DNA of 64,000 nucleotides from Chloroflexota bacterium (GTDB taxonomy: Bacteria; Chloroflexota; Limnocylindria; Limnocylindrales; CSP1-4): positions 15,299 through 79,298 of the forward strand of contig JAKOQS010000082.1 of assembly GCA_029778235.1 (NCBI GenBank), in the 5' to 3' direction. Shown here one piece after another: positions 1-9,982 of the stretch. A program made the position numbers and the translations under genes. Positions within the stretch are counted from its first letter, which is position 1. Each line of letters opens with the position of its first letter. Below the pieces are notes generated by a model. It was given only the letters and a program-made list of their open reading frames with translations, was not told the origin of the DNA and did not search any database.

Positions 1-401
1 ACGACGAGCGATGCGAGGACGAGCTGGGCCAGGAGCTGCCAGCGCGCCCGCAGGTCGAAGTAGTCGTCGAGCACGCCCAGGAGCGCCGCGAGGGCGCCGC
101 CACCGATCAGGGCGACCAGCTCCGACGTGGTCAGCGGCCCGATCCGACCCACGGGCAGCACGCCCCCGCGGGCGACGATCACCGCGATCCCGACCAGCAC
201 GAACGCCGCCGCGGCGGCCAGACCGCCCCCGCGCGGGATGGGAACGGGATTGACGCGGCGCGCGTCGGGCCGGTCGACGAGCTCGAACCGCAGCGCCAGC
301 CGACGGGCGAGCGGTGTCAGGACGAGCGCGAGGAGGGCCGCGGCCACGAAGGCGACCACGATGATGGGGAGCGCCTGGGACGTCCCAACGCTGAGCCTCA
401 C
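1..401 (-). CDS. Polyprenyl-phosphate sugar-phosphate transferase (MraY/WecA family, GT4), N-terminal part; continues beyond the window edge
   Basis: Own translation of the minus strand from GTG at 399-401: VRLSVGTSQALPIIVVAFVAAALLALVLTPLARRLALRFELVDRPDARRVNPVPIPRGGGLAAAAAFVLVG...LGVLDDYFDLRARWQL. The DRP-x-x-R-[RK]-x-x-x-x-P-x-P-x-x-GG and DD-x-x-D-L motifs are typical of WecA/TagO. Absent from the ORF track because no stop lies inside the window. Confidence 0.7.
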   Translation of the reverse strand, partial: MRLSVGTSQALPIIVVAFVAAALLALVLTPLARRLALRFELVDRPDARRVNPVPIPRGGGLAAAAAFVLVGIAVIVARGGVLPVGRIGPLTTSELVALIGGGALAALLGVLDDYFDLRARWQLLAQLVLASLV

Positions 402-447
402 GGCTGCTCGCCCGCCATCAAGCCGCGGAGCCGGCCCGCCGTCACGC

Positions 448-1722
448 CTACGGCAGGCCCGGCAGCGGGAACCGCGCGCACATGGCCCGGGTCTCTGCCC
501 GGAGCGCGGCTGCGGCCGTCGGGTCGTCGCGGTGCTCGATGGCGTCCACCACGATCCGCGCGATCTCGCGCATCTCGTCCGGGCCGAACCCGCGCGTGGT
601 CGTCGCCGGCGTGCCCACGCGGATGCCGGACGCCGTGTTGGGCGGGAGCGGGTCGAACGGGATGGCATTCTTGTTGACGGTGATCCCCACCGCGTCGAGG
701 AGCGTCTCCGCCTCGCGCCCGGTCACGCCGAGCGGCGTGACGTCAACGAGCATCAGGTGGTTGTCCGTCCCGCCCGACACCAGCCGCGCCCCGCGGGCCG
801 TGAAGGCGTCCGCGAGCACCGCGGCGTTCTCCACCGTCCGGCGCTGGTCGGCGCGGAAGTCGTCCGTCAGGGCGAGCCCGAACGCGGCCGCCTTGGCCGC
901 GATGACGTGCATCAGCGGTCCGCCCTGGATCCCGGGGAAGACGGCCTTGTCGACGGCCTTGGCGAGGTCGGCCTTGCAGAAGACCACGCCACCACGCGGA
1001 CCGCGGAGGGTCTTGTGCGTGGTGGACGTGACGATGTCCGCGTGCGGGAACGGGCTGGGGTGCACGCCGGCCGCCACGAGCCCCGCGATGTGCGCCATGT
1101 CCACCAGGAAGAGCGCGCCGACGTCGTGCGCGATCGCCGCCATCCGCTCGAAGTCCCAGATCCGCGGGTAGGCGGACGCGCCCGCGATGACGAGCTTCGG
1201 GCGGACCTCGGCCGCCGTCCGCGCGAAGACGTCCAGGTCGATCCGCTCGGTCCCCTGCTCCACCCCGTACGCGTGCACCTCGAACCACTTGCCGGAGAAG
1301 TTGACCGGCGACCCGTGGGTGAGGTGGCCGCCGTGCGCCAGGCTGAGCCCCAGGATCCGGTCGCCGTGGTCGAGCACCGCGAAGTACGCCGCGAGGTTCG
1401 CCTGGGCCCCGGAGTGCGGCTGCACGTTGACGTGCTCGGCGCCCGGGAAGAGGGCGAGGGCGCGCTCCTGGGCGAGACGCTCCACGATGTCCACGAACTC
1501 GCAGCCGCCGTAGTAGCGGCGGCCCGGGAGCCCCTCCGCGTACTTGTTCGTGAGGGCCGTCCCCTGCGCCTCCAGGACGGGCGCGAAGGCGAAGTTCTCG
1601 CTCGCGATGAGCTCGATGCTCCAGCGCTGCCGGTCCACCTCGGCGGTGATGGCGGCCCAGAGCTCGGGATCCACGTCGGCGATGCGGGCCCAGGCGGCCC
1701 CCGACGCGTGCGTCATGGACAT
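448..1722 (-). CDS. glyA: Serine hydroxymethyltransferase
   Basis: 424 aa with full-length SHMT signature (ELIASENF..., [33 protein letters not shown] with the PLP lysine). Confidence 0.95.
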   Translation of the reverse strand: MSMTHASGAAWARIADVDPELWAAITAEVDRQRWSIELIASENFAFAPVLEAQGTALTNKYAEGLPGRRYYGGCEFVDIVERLAQERALALFPGAEHVNVQPHSGAQANLAAYFAVLDHGDRILGLSLAHGGHLTHGSPVNFSGKWFEVHAYGVEQGTERIDLDVFARTAAEVRPKLVIAGASAYPRIWDFERMAAIAHDVGALFLVDMAHIAGLVAAGVHPSPFPHADIVTSTTHKTLRGPRGGVVFCKADLAKAVDKAVFPGIQGGPLMHVIAAKAAAFGLALTDDFRADQRRTVENAAVLADAFTARGARLVSGGTDNHLMLVDVTPLGVTGREAETLLDAVGITVNKNAIPFDPLPPNTASGIRVGTPATTTRGFGPDEMREIARIVVDAIEHRDDPTAAAALRAETRAMCARFPLPGLP

Positions 1723-1791
1723 GCGGCTCCCTCCCAGCGTGCGCGGCCCATCGTCGCACGAAGCGCCGCGCCGGGTGGTCCCGGGCGCCCG

Positions 1792-2676
<885 letters not shown>

Positions 2677-2724
2677 TCAAGTATGCCGGTCGTGACCGTC
2701 GGGCGCGGACGCCTCGCCCCTCGG

Positions 2725-3624
2725 TCAGGCGGGCGAGCGCTCCACGCGCAGGACGCGCGGGCGCCCGGTGAGGTCCGGCAGGATCTCGACGCCCGCTCCC
2801 GGCACGGCGGCCCGCGCCGCCTCCGCGGCCGTCTCGCCCTGGTCCGCACCGATCTCCAGCAGGGCGACGCCGTCGCGCGTCGTGACGGCAGGCAGGGTCG
2901 CGAGCAGACGTCGGATCACGTCCAGCCCGTCCGGGCCGCCGTCCAGCGCGACGCGCGGCTCGTGGTCGGCCGACCCGCCCAGGACGTCCACGGTCGCCGA
3001 CGGGATGTACGGCAGGTTGGCGAGGACGAGGTCCTGCAGCGGCGCGTCGGCGGGAACCAGGTCGGCGAGCTCGATGCGGACGACGTCGAGCAGGCCGTGT
3101 GCGGCCGCGTTCTCGCGCGCGAGCGCGACCGCATCGGGCGAGACGTCGGAGGCACGGACCTCGACGGCGTCGAGGACGCGCCGCCGGCGGAGGACGATCG
3201 CCAGGGCGATCGCCACCGCGCCGGTGCCCGTCCCCACGTCCACGATCCGGAGGCGCTCCCCGCGCCGCGCCCCGGTGCCGCGGGCGAGCCGGACCAGGAC
3301 CTCGTCCACGGCCGCATCGACGAGCAGCTCGGTCTCCGGCCGCGGGATCAGGGCGCGGGCGTCGGTGGAGAAGGCGACGCCGTGGAACTCCTTGAGCCCG
3401 CGGATGTACGCCACCGGCTCGCCCGCGGCACGCCGCTCCACGTCGGCAGCGAACGCGGCGGCCGCGCCCGGCCCGACCGGCGCCTCCGGGTGCGCGATGA
3501 TCCCGGTGCGGTCGGTGCCGACGGCGCGGGCGAGCAGCAGCTCCGCATCGAGGCGCGGCGTGTCGGAGCCGGCGGCCCGGAGCCGCTCGACGGCAGGAGC
3601 GAGAAGCTCGCCGATCGTCGCCAT
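2725..3624 (-). CDS. prmC: Release-factor glutamine N5-methyltransferase
   Basis: RLDAELLLA..., EPVAYI.G..EF.G, SAM motif VDVGTGTGAVAIAL, and catalytic NLPYI (NPPY-type). I placed the start at ATG 3624 (MATIGELL); the 377-aa track ORF has a non-homologous N-terminal extension. Confidence 0.9.
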   Translation of the reverse strand: MATIGELLAPAVERLRAAGSDTPRLDAELLLARAVGTDRTGIIAHPEAPVGPGAAAAFAADVERRAAGEPVAYIRGLKEFHGVAFSTDARALIPRPETELLVDAAVDEVLVRLARGTGARRGERLRIVDVGTGTGAVAIALAIVLRRRRVLDAVEVRASDVSPDAVALARENAAAHGLLDVVRIELADLVPADAPLQDLVLANLPYIPSATVDVLGGSADHEPRVALDGGPDGLDVIRRLLATLPAVTTRDGVALLEIGADQGETAAEAARAAVPGAGVEILPDLTGRPRVLRVERSPA

Positions 3625-3824
3625 GGCATGGCCACGGTAGCAGGGCTGCGTGGCTGGTCCCGCGCCATCCCGTCGACGACGGTCGGCGTCCGCGCCGGGA
3701 ACGGCAGGCGTCACCGAGGAGATACGGCTCTCGACGGACGCCCCGCCTCGGCCTATGGTCGATCCGGATCGGGCGCCCGCGCGTCCCCAGGTGCCCCTCC
3801 TCGCACGAGGAAGGGAGGCCGGCG

Positions 3825-4277
3825 ATGGCCATGTACGGACACCTGGAGACCATCCCACGCACGGGCACGGGGGGCCATCCCCGTTCCTACGTCCGTCCCG
3901 GATGGTTGATCAGGCTCTTCAACCCGATCGTGGTCGCTCGCGGCCAGAAGGCGGTCCTCCAGGTGCGGGGACGGACGTCCGGGAAGCTCTACAAGGTCCC
4001 GATGGACCCGCCGTTCGAGTGGAACGGGAACCGGTACCTCGTCTCTCCCCGCGGCGAGACGCACTGGGCGCGCAACCTTCGTGCAGCGGGCGAGGCGGAC
4101 CTGCGCACCCGCCGCGGCCTCGAGCACATCCGCGTGGTCGAGCTCTCCGGCGACGAGCACGACGCTGTCGTGAAGGCCTACGCGAGCACGATCACCTGCA
4201 ACTGCCGGCAGGGTTTCGAGATGCTGCCGGACCCGGCCGACCACCCCGCCTTCCGCATCGAGCCCCCCGCCGCCTGA
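3825..4277 (+). CDS. Deazaflavin (F420)-dependent nitroreductase-like protein (DUF385/Ddn family, split beta-barrel)
   Basis: 150 aa with the pattern LQVRGRTSGKLYKVPM...GNRYLVSPRGETHWARNLRAAGEADL, typical of the Ddn/DUF385 family. Strong SD GGAAGGGAGG lies 7 nt upstream of the ATG. Confidence 0.65.
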   Translation: MAMYGHLETIPRTGTGGHPRSYVRPGWLIRLFNPIVVARGQKAVLQVRGRTSGKLYKVPMDPPFEWNGNRYLVSPRGETHWARNLRAAGEADLRTRRGLEHIRVVELSGDEHDAVVKAYASTITCNCRQGFEMLPDPADHPAFRIEPPAA

Positions 4278-4401
4278 GGCGCCCGCGCCTGCCCGCATCG
4301 GCATCGGCGCCTGCGTGGGATCGCGGCGTTGGGGCGCGGGCCGCGGCGGACGGGGACCCGGCGCGCCGGCCCAGGGGAGAGGGAGTCCGAGGGATCGGGA
4401 G

Positions 4402-4914
4402 ATGCAGGACGCCGACCTGTTCATGTCGCTCGCCGAGATCGCCGGCGTCTTCGTGGGGTTCGGGGCGCTCATCGCGATCCGCAGCGGCGGCACGGGCGAC
4501 GTGTACGACGTCGCCTACATCGGGATGGTGGTCTGGGTCGCGATCCAGGTCGTCGTCTACGCGCTCGCCCCGGTCGTCATCAGCCGCTTCGACGTGACCG
4601 GCCACGCGCTCTGGGTGGCCTGTGCGGTCATCGCCCTCGTGGGGTTCTTCGTCGGGGACGAGGCGGTGATGCGGATCTCCGCGGAGCGGCGGGCCGTGCT
4701 CGCCTCCATGTCCAGGAGGGCGCGGGTGCGGATGGAGCTCGTCGGCGTGCCGTTCTGGCTCCCGGCCGTGATCGCGCTCGGCCTCATCCTGCTGGGCGTC
4801 CTGCCAGAGCACGAGTCGGCGCTCTACTTCGCGGCGCTCGTCCTCGTCCTGCTCATGGACGCGGTGCTCCTCCTCGTGGCGGTCAACCGAGCCTGGCGCC
4901 CGCAGGCGCCCTGA
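4402..4914 (+). CDS. Uncharacterised multi-pass membrane protein (paralog of 5792..6316)
   Basis: Start moved to ATG 4402 (MQDADLF), preceded by GGGAG. Four to five hydrophobic segments. Shares the motif GVFVGFGALIAIRSGG and overall architecture with 5792..6316. Confidence 0.6.
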   Translation: MQDADLFMSLAEIAGVFVGFGALIAIRSGGTGDVYDVAYIGMVVWVAIQVVVYALAPVVISRFDVTGHALWVACAVIALVGFFVGDEAVMRISAERRAVLASMSRRARVRMELVGVPFWLPAVIALGLILLGVLPEHESALYFAALVLVLLMDAVLLLVAVNRAWRPQAP

Positions 4915-5159
4915 AGCCCCCCCCCCCGATCGCCCGCACCCGTCGGCGTCGGGGCAGGCTGACGGTCGAGGCGCGCGGGCGAGAGTCGATGCACGAGCGG
5001 GCCGGGCATCCGCGGCGACGACCGGCACTGGCGGGTCAGCTTGGCCCGCCATACCGTCGATGGGCACGAGCGGGAGGCTCAGACACGCGGCCCACACCCC
5101 GGCCGCCGGGACCGCGCCGAGCCACTGGCGAGACCGACCCGCACGAGAAGGGGTCGGCC

Positions 5160-5606
5160 ATGGAGCACTACGAGAAGGAGATCCGGGTCGAGGCGCCCGT
5201 CGAGCACGTGTGGGCGTTCTACTGCGACACGTCGCGCTGGCCCGACTGGATGCAGGGGGGCACGCTCTCGGACATCAGTGGACCCTACGACCAGGTCGGG
5301 ACGACGTACGTCGGGACCATGCGCCTCCTGGGCCACGAGATGAAGGTGACCTACACGGTCACCGAGGTGCAGCCGCTGAAGCTCATCCGCGAGCACTCCG
5401 ACGACGGTCCGATGGACAGCATCGTGCGGTTCGAGCCCGACGGCGGGGCCACGCGGCTGATCATCGAAGGTGACTACGAGATGCCGCGCATGCTCCCGGG
5501 CTTCATCAAGGACCTCATGAAGAAGGGCTGGATGGACCGGCGCATGGACAACATGCTCGGCGACTTCAAGGCGCTCGCCGAGGCGACGGTCGCGGTGCCC
5601 GTCTGA
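5160..5606 (+). CDS. SRPBCC-superfamily protein (polyketide cyclase/dehydrase-like, START/Bet v1 fold)
   Basis: 148 aa, MEHYEKEIRVEAPVEHVWAFYCDTSRWPDWM..., the typical SRPBCC N-terminus. It is only the C-terminal part of track ORF 4329..5606. Confidence 0.8.
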   Translation: MEHYEKEIRVEAPVEHVWAFYCDTSRWPDWMQGGTLSDISGPYDQVGTTYVGTMRLLGHEMKVTYTVTEVQPLKLIREHSDDGPMDSIVRFEPDGGATRLIIEGDYEMPRMLPGFIKDLMKKGWMDRRMDNMLGDFKALAEATVAVPV

Positions 5607-5791
5607 GACGGCCGGCACGCGACGTTCGGCGCCCCGGCGGCCATCCCCCAGTCCCACGACGCCCGGAGCTCGCCCGCCGACCTCCGGGCGTCGGACCGTC
5701 CACGACGACGAGCGGCCCTGGCGAGGGCGCCCGGGCCGCGGGAGAGTGACCCCGGGCCGAGGGGAGTGACGGAGCATCGGAGGATGCACGG

Positions 5792-6316
5792 ATGGCGGGC
5801 ACGGAAGGCTTCCTCGAGCTGGCCGGGATCGGCGGCGTCTTCGTCGGCTTCGGGGCGCTCATCGCCATCCGGAGCGGCGGCAGCATGGCGGTGGATGAGA
5901 TCGCGGAGATGCGTGCCATGGTGTGGATGGGGGTGCTGGCGGTCGTCGCCGCTCTCGCCCCGGTGACCCTCGGCCGCTACGACGTCACCGAGCATCAGCT
6001 CTGGGCGCTGAGCAGCGGGATCGTCCTGGCCGGCGGCTTCGTCATGGTCGCCTCCATGGTCCGGACGCCGGAGTACCGGGCGAGCTGGGCCACGAACTAC
6101 TCGACGCCGCGTGCGCGATGGGTGCTGGCGATCGAGGGCATCGCCTACGTGTTCTGGATGCTCGCGGTCGTCCTCCTGCCGATCGTCATCCTGCTGGGCG
6201 CCGTCCCTGACCTCGAGCCGTCCCTGTACTTCACGTTCGTCGTTCTGCTGCTGCTCGGCGCCGCCTGGACCCTCCTCGAGCTGGTGCTCGCGGATCGGCG
6301 CCCGGCGGGCGCGTGA
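5792..6316 (+). CDS. Uncharacterised multi-pass membrane protein (paralog of 4402..4914)
   Basis: 174 aa, hydrophobic, with the same GVFVGFGALIAIRSGG motif near the N-terminus and the same ...LAPV...R[FY]DVT.H.LW... segment. Confidence 0.65.
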   Translation: MAGTEGFLELAGIGGVFVGFGALIAIRSGGSMAVDEIAEMRAMVWMGVLAVVAALAPVTLGRYDVTEHQLWALSSGIVLAGGFVMVASMVRTPEYRASWATNYSTPRARWVLAIEGIAYVFWMLAVVLLPIVILLGAVPDLEPSLYFTFVVLLLLGAAWTLLELVLADRRPAGA

Positions 6317-6327
6317 GCGGCACGGCG

Positions 6328-7419
6328 TCAGGCGGAGGGCGCGTCCTCCTCCACGAGCGCCTGCAGGCGCTCGGCCTGGTCGGCCATCACGAGCGCGTCG
6401 ATCAGCCGGTCCAGGTCGCCGTCGAGGACCCCCGGCAGGTTGTGCAGGTCCATCCCGACGCGATGGTCCGTCACGCGGTCCTGCGGGAAGTTGTAGGTCC
6501 GGATCTTCTCCGACCGGTCACCCGCCCCCACCATGCTCTTCCGGAGCGCAGAGCCCGCCTCGCGCTGCTTCTCCATCTCGAGGTCGAGGAGTCGTGAGCG
6601 GAGGACGGACATCGCCTTGGCCTTGTTCTTGTGCTGGCTCTTCTCGTCCTGGATCGCGACGACGAGCCCCGTCGGCAGGTGCGTGATGCGCACCGCGGAG
6701 TCGGTCGTGTTCACCGACTGGCCCCCCGGCCCCGTGGAACGGTAGACGTCGATCCGGAGGTCCCTCTCGTCGATCTGGACGTCCACCTCGTCGGCTTCGG
6801 GCAGGACGGCGACCGTGGCGGTCGACGTGTGGATCCGCCCGCCCGACTCGGTGACGGGGATCCGCTGGACCCGATGGACCCCGCCCTCGAACTTCAGTCG
6901 GCTGTACGCCCCGTCGGCGGAGACCTGGACGATCGCCTCCTTCATGCCGCCGATCCCCGTCTCGTTCGTGGAAAGCACCTCGGCGGGCCAGCGATGGCGC
7001 TCGGCGTAGCGGAGGTACATCCGGAGGAGCTCCGCCGCGAAGAGAGCGGCCTCGTCACCCCCGGCGCCGGCCCGGATCTCCATGATCACGGCGCGGTCGT
7101 CGTTGGGGTCGCGCGGCAGCAGGAGGACCTTGAGCTCCTCGAGGATCCGCGCCTCGGCGCCCTCCAGCTCCGCGACCTCCTGCTTGGCCATCGACCGGAG
7201 CTCCTCGTCGGGCTCCATGTCGCGCAGCTCGCGGGCACCCTCGAGCTGGGAGCGGACGTCCTGGAGATGGCGGAAGGCATCGACGACGGGCTGGAGGCGG
7301 GAGAGCTCGCGCCCAAGCCGGCGAAGGGCGTCGGGGTCCGACGAGACCTCGGGGCGGGCGAGCTCGGACTGCAGCTCGTCGTACTGGCGCGCGATGCCGG
7401 CGAGCTTGGCGTCGATCAT
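6328..7419 (-). CDS. prfA: Peptide chain release factor 1
   Basis: 363 aa with RIHTSTATVAVLPE and GGQSVNTTDSAVRITHLPTG (GGQ motif). ATGA overlap with the upstream DUF1385 gene. Confidence 0.95.
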   Translation of the reverse strand: MIDAKLAGIARQYDELQSELARPEVSSDPDALRRLGRELSRLQPVVDAFRHLQDVRSQLEGARELRDMEPDEELRSMAKQEVAELEGAEARILEELKVLLLPRDPNDDRAVIMEIRAGAGGDEAALFAAELLRMYLRYAERHRWPAEVLSTNETGIGGMKEAIVQVSADGAYSRLKFEGGVHRVQRIPVTESGGRIHTSTATVAVLPEADEVDVQIDERDLRIDVYRSTGPGGQSVNTTDSAVRITHLPTGLVVAIQDEKSQHKNKAKAMSVLRSRLLDLEMEKQREAGSALRKSMVGAGDRSEKIRTYNFPQDRVTDHRVGMDLHNLPGVLDGDLDRLIDALVMADQAERLQALVEEDAPSA

Positions 7420-8480
7420 CGGGACGGGTCGGCCGCGACCTCGGTCGGGGCCACCTCGGCCGCCTGGGCTGCCGGCGCGTCGTCGTCGCCCGTCACCGCG
7501 CGCTCAGCGGCGCCGTCCGTCATCGGGTCGGCGCCGACGGCCTTCTCCGCGGCGAGCGCCGCGAGAGCATCCTGGTAGTCCGTCCGCGGGAAGTCGGCCG
7601 AGCCCTCGGGGACCGCCTGCCCGTCGGCCTTCAGCGCCTCCTCCAGGCTGACGATGGCGACCTCGATCATGTCGTCCGTCGGCTGCTTCGTCGTGATCTT
7701 CTGCACCCAGATCCCCGGCGTGATGATCGCCCGCACCAGGCGGTTGTCCTCGTGGCGCGCGCCGAACTGGAGGACCTCGTACGCGATCGCCGCGATGATC
7801 GGGACCAGGATGATCCGGCTGGCCACCGTGACAAGGATCGGCTGCTTGCCGACGATCGAGAACGCGATGATCGAGATGATGATGACGACGACGAGGAACT
7901 CGGTGCCGCAGCGCGGGTGGGCCGTCGGGTAGCGGCGGACCTTCTCGACGACCAGCGGGTCGCCGTTCTCCAGCGCGTGGATCGACATGTGCTCGGCGCC
8001 GTGATACATGAACGTCCGGCGCACGTCCGGGAGGCGCGAGATCAGCAGCAGGTAGCCGAGGAAGATCGCGACCTGCACCAGGCCCTCGGCCGCGTGGAAG
8101 AGGATCCCCTCCTGGCTGGGCAGGGCCGCTCGCGTGATCAGGAGCGGCAGGAAGAAGAAGATCCCGATCCCGATGGCGAGCGTGATCGTGAGCATCAGCG
8201 CCACGCCGCCGTTCCCCAGCTCCACCCCCTCCTCGGAGGCGGCGAGATTGGCGGAGCGGATCAGCCAGCGCGTCCCGACGACGAGGGTCTCGTACAGCAC
8301 GACGAGGCCGCGCACGAAGGGGAGCTTGGCCCAGCGGGTGGCGCGGAAGGTCCCCGAGAGCGGCTCGGTCTCGCAGACGATGCGGCCGTCGGGCGCACGC
8401 AGCGCGACGGCGATGGCGCCGCGGCCGCGCATCATGACCCCCTCGACGAGGGCCTGACCGCCGTAGCGGAGGCGAGCCAT
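7416..8480 (-). CDS. DUF1385 (YqhQ-like) membrane protein
   Basis: MARLRYGGQALVEGVMMRG... is the canonical DUF1385 N-terminus, and HGAEHM is present. It sits in the conserved rpmE-DUF1385-prfA position. Start moved to ATG 8480. Acidic, Ala-rich C-terminal tail. Confidence 0.85.
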   Translation of the reverse strand: MARLRYGGQALVEGVMMRGRGAIAVALRAPDGRIVCETEPLSGTFRATRWAKLPFVRGLVVLYETLVVGTRWLIRSANLAASEEGVELGNGGVALMLTITLAIGIGIFFFLPLLITRAALPSQEGILFHAAEGLVQVAIFLGYLLLISRLPDVRRTFMYHGAEHMSIHALENGDPLVVEKVRRYPTAHPRCGTEFLVVVIIISIIAFSIVGKQPILVTVASRIILVPIIAAIAYEVLQFGARHEDNRLVRAIITPGIWVQKITTKQPTDDMIEVAIVSLEEALKADGQAVPEGSADFPRTDYQDALAALAAEKAVGADPMTDGAAERAVTGDDDAPAAQAAEVAPTEVAADPSR

Positions 8481-8527
8481 GGGTGGTGGGTGCGCGGCGA
8501 GGCGGTCGGCGACCGGCCGTGCCCGGG

Positions 8528-8743
8528 TCAGCGCCCGGTGGCCGCGCGCTCGAGACGCTTCTGGAAGCGCTCCACCTGGCCGGCGGTGTCGATGATCATC
8601 TGCTTGCCCGTGAAGAACGGGTGGCAGGACGCGCAGACGTCCACGCGCAGGTCGGGACGGGTGGACCCCACGGTGAACGCGGAGCCGCACGTCGCGCACG
8701 TGACGTTCGCGGCGTAGTACTTGGGGTGCGTGTCAGGCTTCAC
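8528..8743 (-). CDS. rpmE: 50S ribosomal protein L31 (Zn-ribbon type, CxxC...CxxC)
   Basis: MKPDTHPKYY...CATCGSAF...CASCHPFFTGKQ. Confidence 0.95.
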   Translation of the reverse strand: MKPDTHPKYYAANVTCATCGSAFTVGSTRPDLRVDVCASCHPFFTGKQMIIDTAGQVERFQKRLERAATGR

Positions 8744-8795
8744 TGGATCTCCCGGTCGGCGCGCCGCACGGCCCCCGCGAGGCGCGGGGCGGCCG

Positions 8796-9074
8796 TCAGG
8801 CCTTGGCCGCGACCTGCTCCGCGGCCGGGACGACCCGGACCCGCTTCTTCTTCGCCGTCTGGTGCTCGAACTTCACGTTGCCCGTGACGGTGGCGAACAC
8901 CGTGTAGTCATGCCCGAGGCCGGTGCCCGGGCCCGCGATGAACGTCATGCCGCGCTGGCGGACGATGATCGACCCCGCGGGGACGAGCTGGCCGTCGTGC
9001 GCCTTGATGCCCAGGCGCTGGCCGACCGAGTCGCGGCCGTTCTTCGAGCTCGAGCCCGCCTTCTTGTGTGCCAT
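8796..9074 (-). CDS. rpmA: 50S ribosomal protein L27
   Basis: [24 protein letters not shown]...IIVRQRG. Confidence 0.95.
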   Translation of the reverse strand: MAHKKAGSSSKNGRDSVGQRLGIKAHDGQLVPAGSIIVRQRGMTFIAGPGTGLGHDYTVFATVTGNVKFEHQTAKKKRVRVVPAAEQVAAKA

Positions 9075-9076
9075 CG

Positions 9077-9736
9077 TCAGGCGTCCTTCTTCGTGCGGGT
9101 CCGCTTGGGAGCGGCGCCCTCGGTCTCGGTCTCGACAGGCTCCGCGTCCGCGGCCTCGGGGGCCTCGGCCGCCTCGGCCTCGGCAGCAGCCTCGGGCACG
9201 TCGGCGGCAGCCGCGGCGGCCTTCTTCGTCGCGCGCGCCTTCTTCGCCGACGCCTCGGCCTCGGCCTCGGCGGGGGCGGCCTCGGTCGCCTTCGCCTTCT
9301 CCGCGAGCTTCGCCGCGAGTGCGGCGTCCTCGGCGGCCTGGCGTGCGGCGGCCTCCTCGACCTTCGCGCGGTCGGCCTTCTTCGCGTCGGCCTTGGCGCC
9401 CGCGGCGGCGGCCGCGCTCTTCCCGTCGAGCGTGATGTCGGCGATCCGCAGGACGAGGTGGTCCTGACGGTGCCCCTTCTTCACGCGACGGCGGGCCTTG
9501 GGCCGGTACTTGAAGCTGATGACCTTCTCACCGCGGTCGCGGCGGACGACCTCCGCCCGGACGGTCGCGTTCTCGACCGTGGGGCGGCCGATCGCGGCCG
9601 TGTCGCCGTCGGCGACCAGGAGGACGCGGTCGAGGGAGATCTCCGAGCCGACCTCGACATCCAGGAGCTCGACCTCGAGCTCGGTGCCGACCTCGACGCG
9701 GTACTGCTTCCCGCCGGTCTCGATGACTGCGTACAT
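9077..9736 (-). CDS. rplU: 50S ribosomal protein L21 with a ~113-aa Ala/Glu/Lys-rich C-terminal extension
   Basis: [14 protein letters not shown]...KKGHRQ core (about the first 106 aa), followed by a low-complexity A/E/K tail to 219 aa. Confidence 0.9.
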   Translation of the reverse strand: MYAVIETGGKQYRVEVGTELEVELLDVEVGSEISLDRVLLVADGDTAAIGRPTVENATVRAEVVRRDRGEKVISFKYRPKARRRVKKGHRQDHLVLRIADITLDGKSAAAAAGAKADAKKADRAKVEEAAARQAAEDAALAAKLAEKAKATEAAPAEAEAEASAKKARATKKAAAAAADVPEAAAEAEAAEAPEAADAEPVETETEGAAPKRTRTKKDA

Positions 9737-9822
9737 GGGTCCTCGGATCTGGGACGAGGGCGACCGTCGCCGATCGCAGGGTCGTCGGGAGAGCGCCTCG
9801 GGCGGACCGGGCGCGAATGGGG

Positions 9823-9851
9823 ATGGTATCGAACCCGAGCGCCCCGGTCAA
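9823..9851 (-). promoter_or_regulatory. Candidate sigma-70-type promoter for rplU-rpmA
   Basis: Minus strand reads TTGACC (9851..9846), then a 17-nt spacer, then TACCAT (9828..9823). It lies about 90 nt upstream of the rplU ATG. Confidence 0.45.
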
Positions 9852-9982
9852 CCGCGGCCGGTCGCGTTCGCCGCGGCCGCTGGGCCGAGGATCGGATCGG
9901 TCGCTCGGCCGGCGATCGGACGGGGCCGCTCGGCCGGGAGCCGGATCGGCCCCTCGCGCCCCGGCCCCTCGCGCGCCGTCCC

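Noticed and set aside
9815-9835. GGGTTCGATACCATCCCC (minus strand), a T-loop-like sequence upstream of rplU.
   Set aside because: No 5-bp T-stem or other tRNA arms can be formed. The TACCAT within it fits better as the -10 of a TTGACC-N17-TACCAT promoter.
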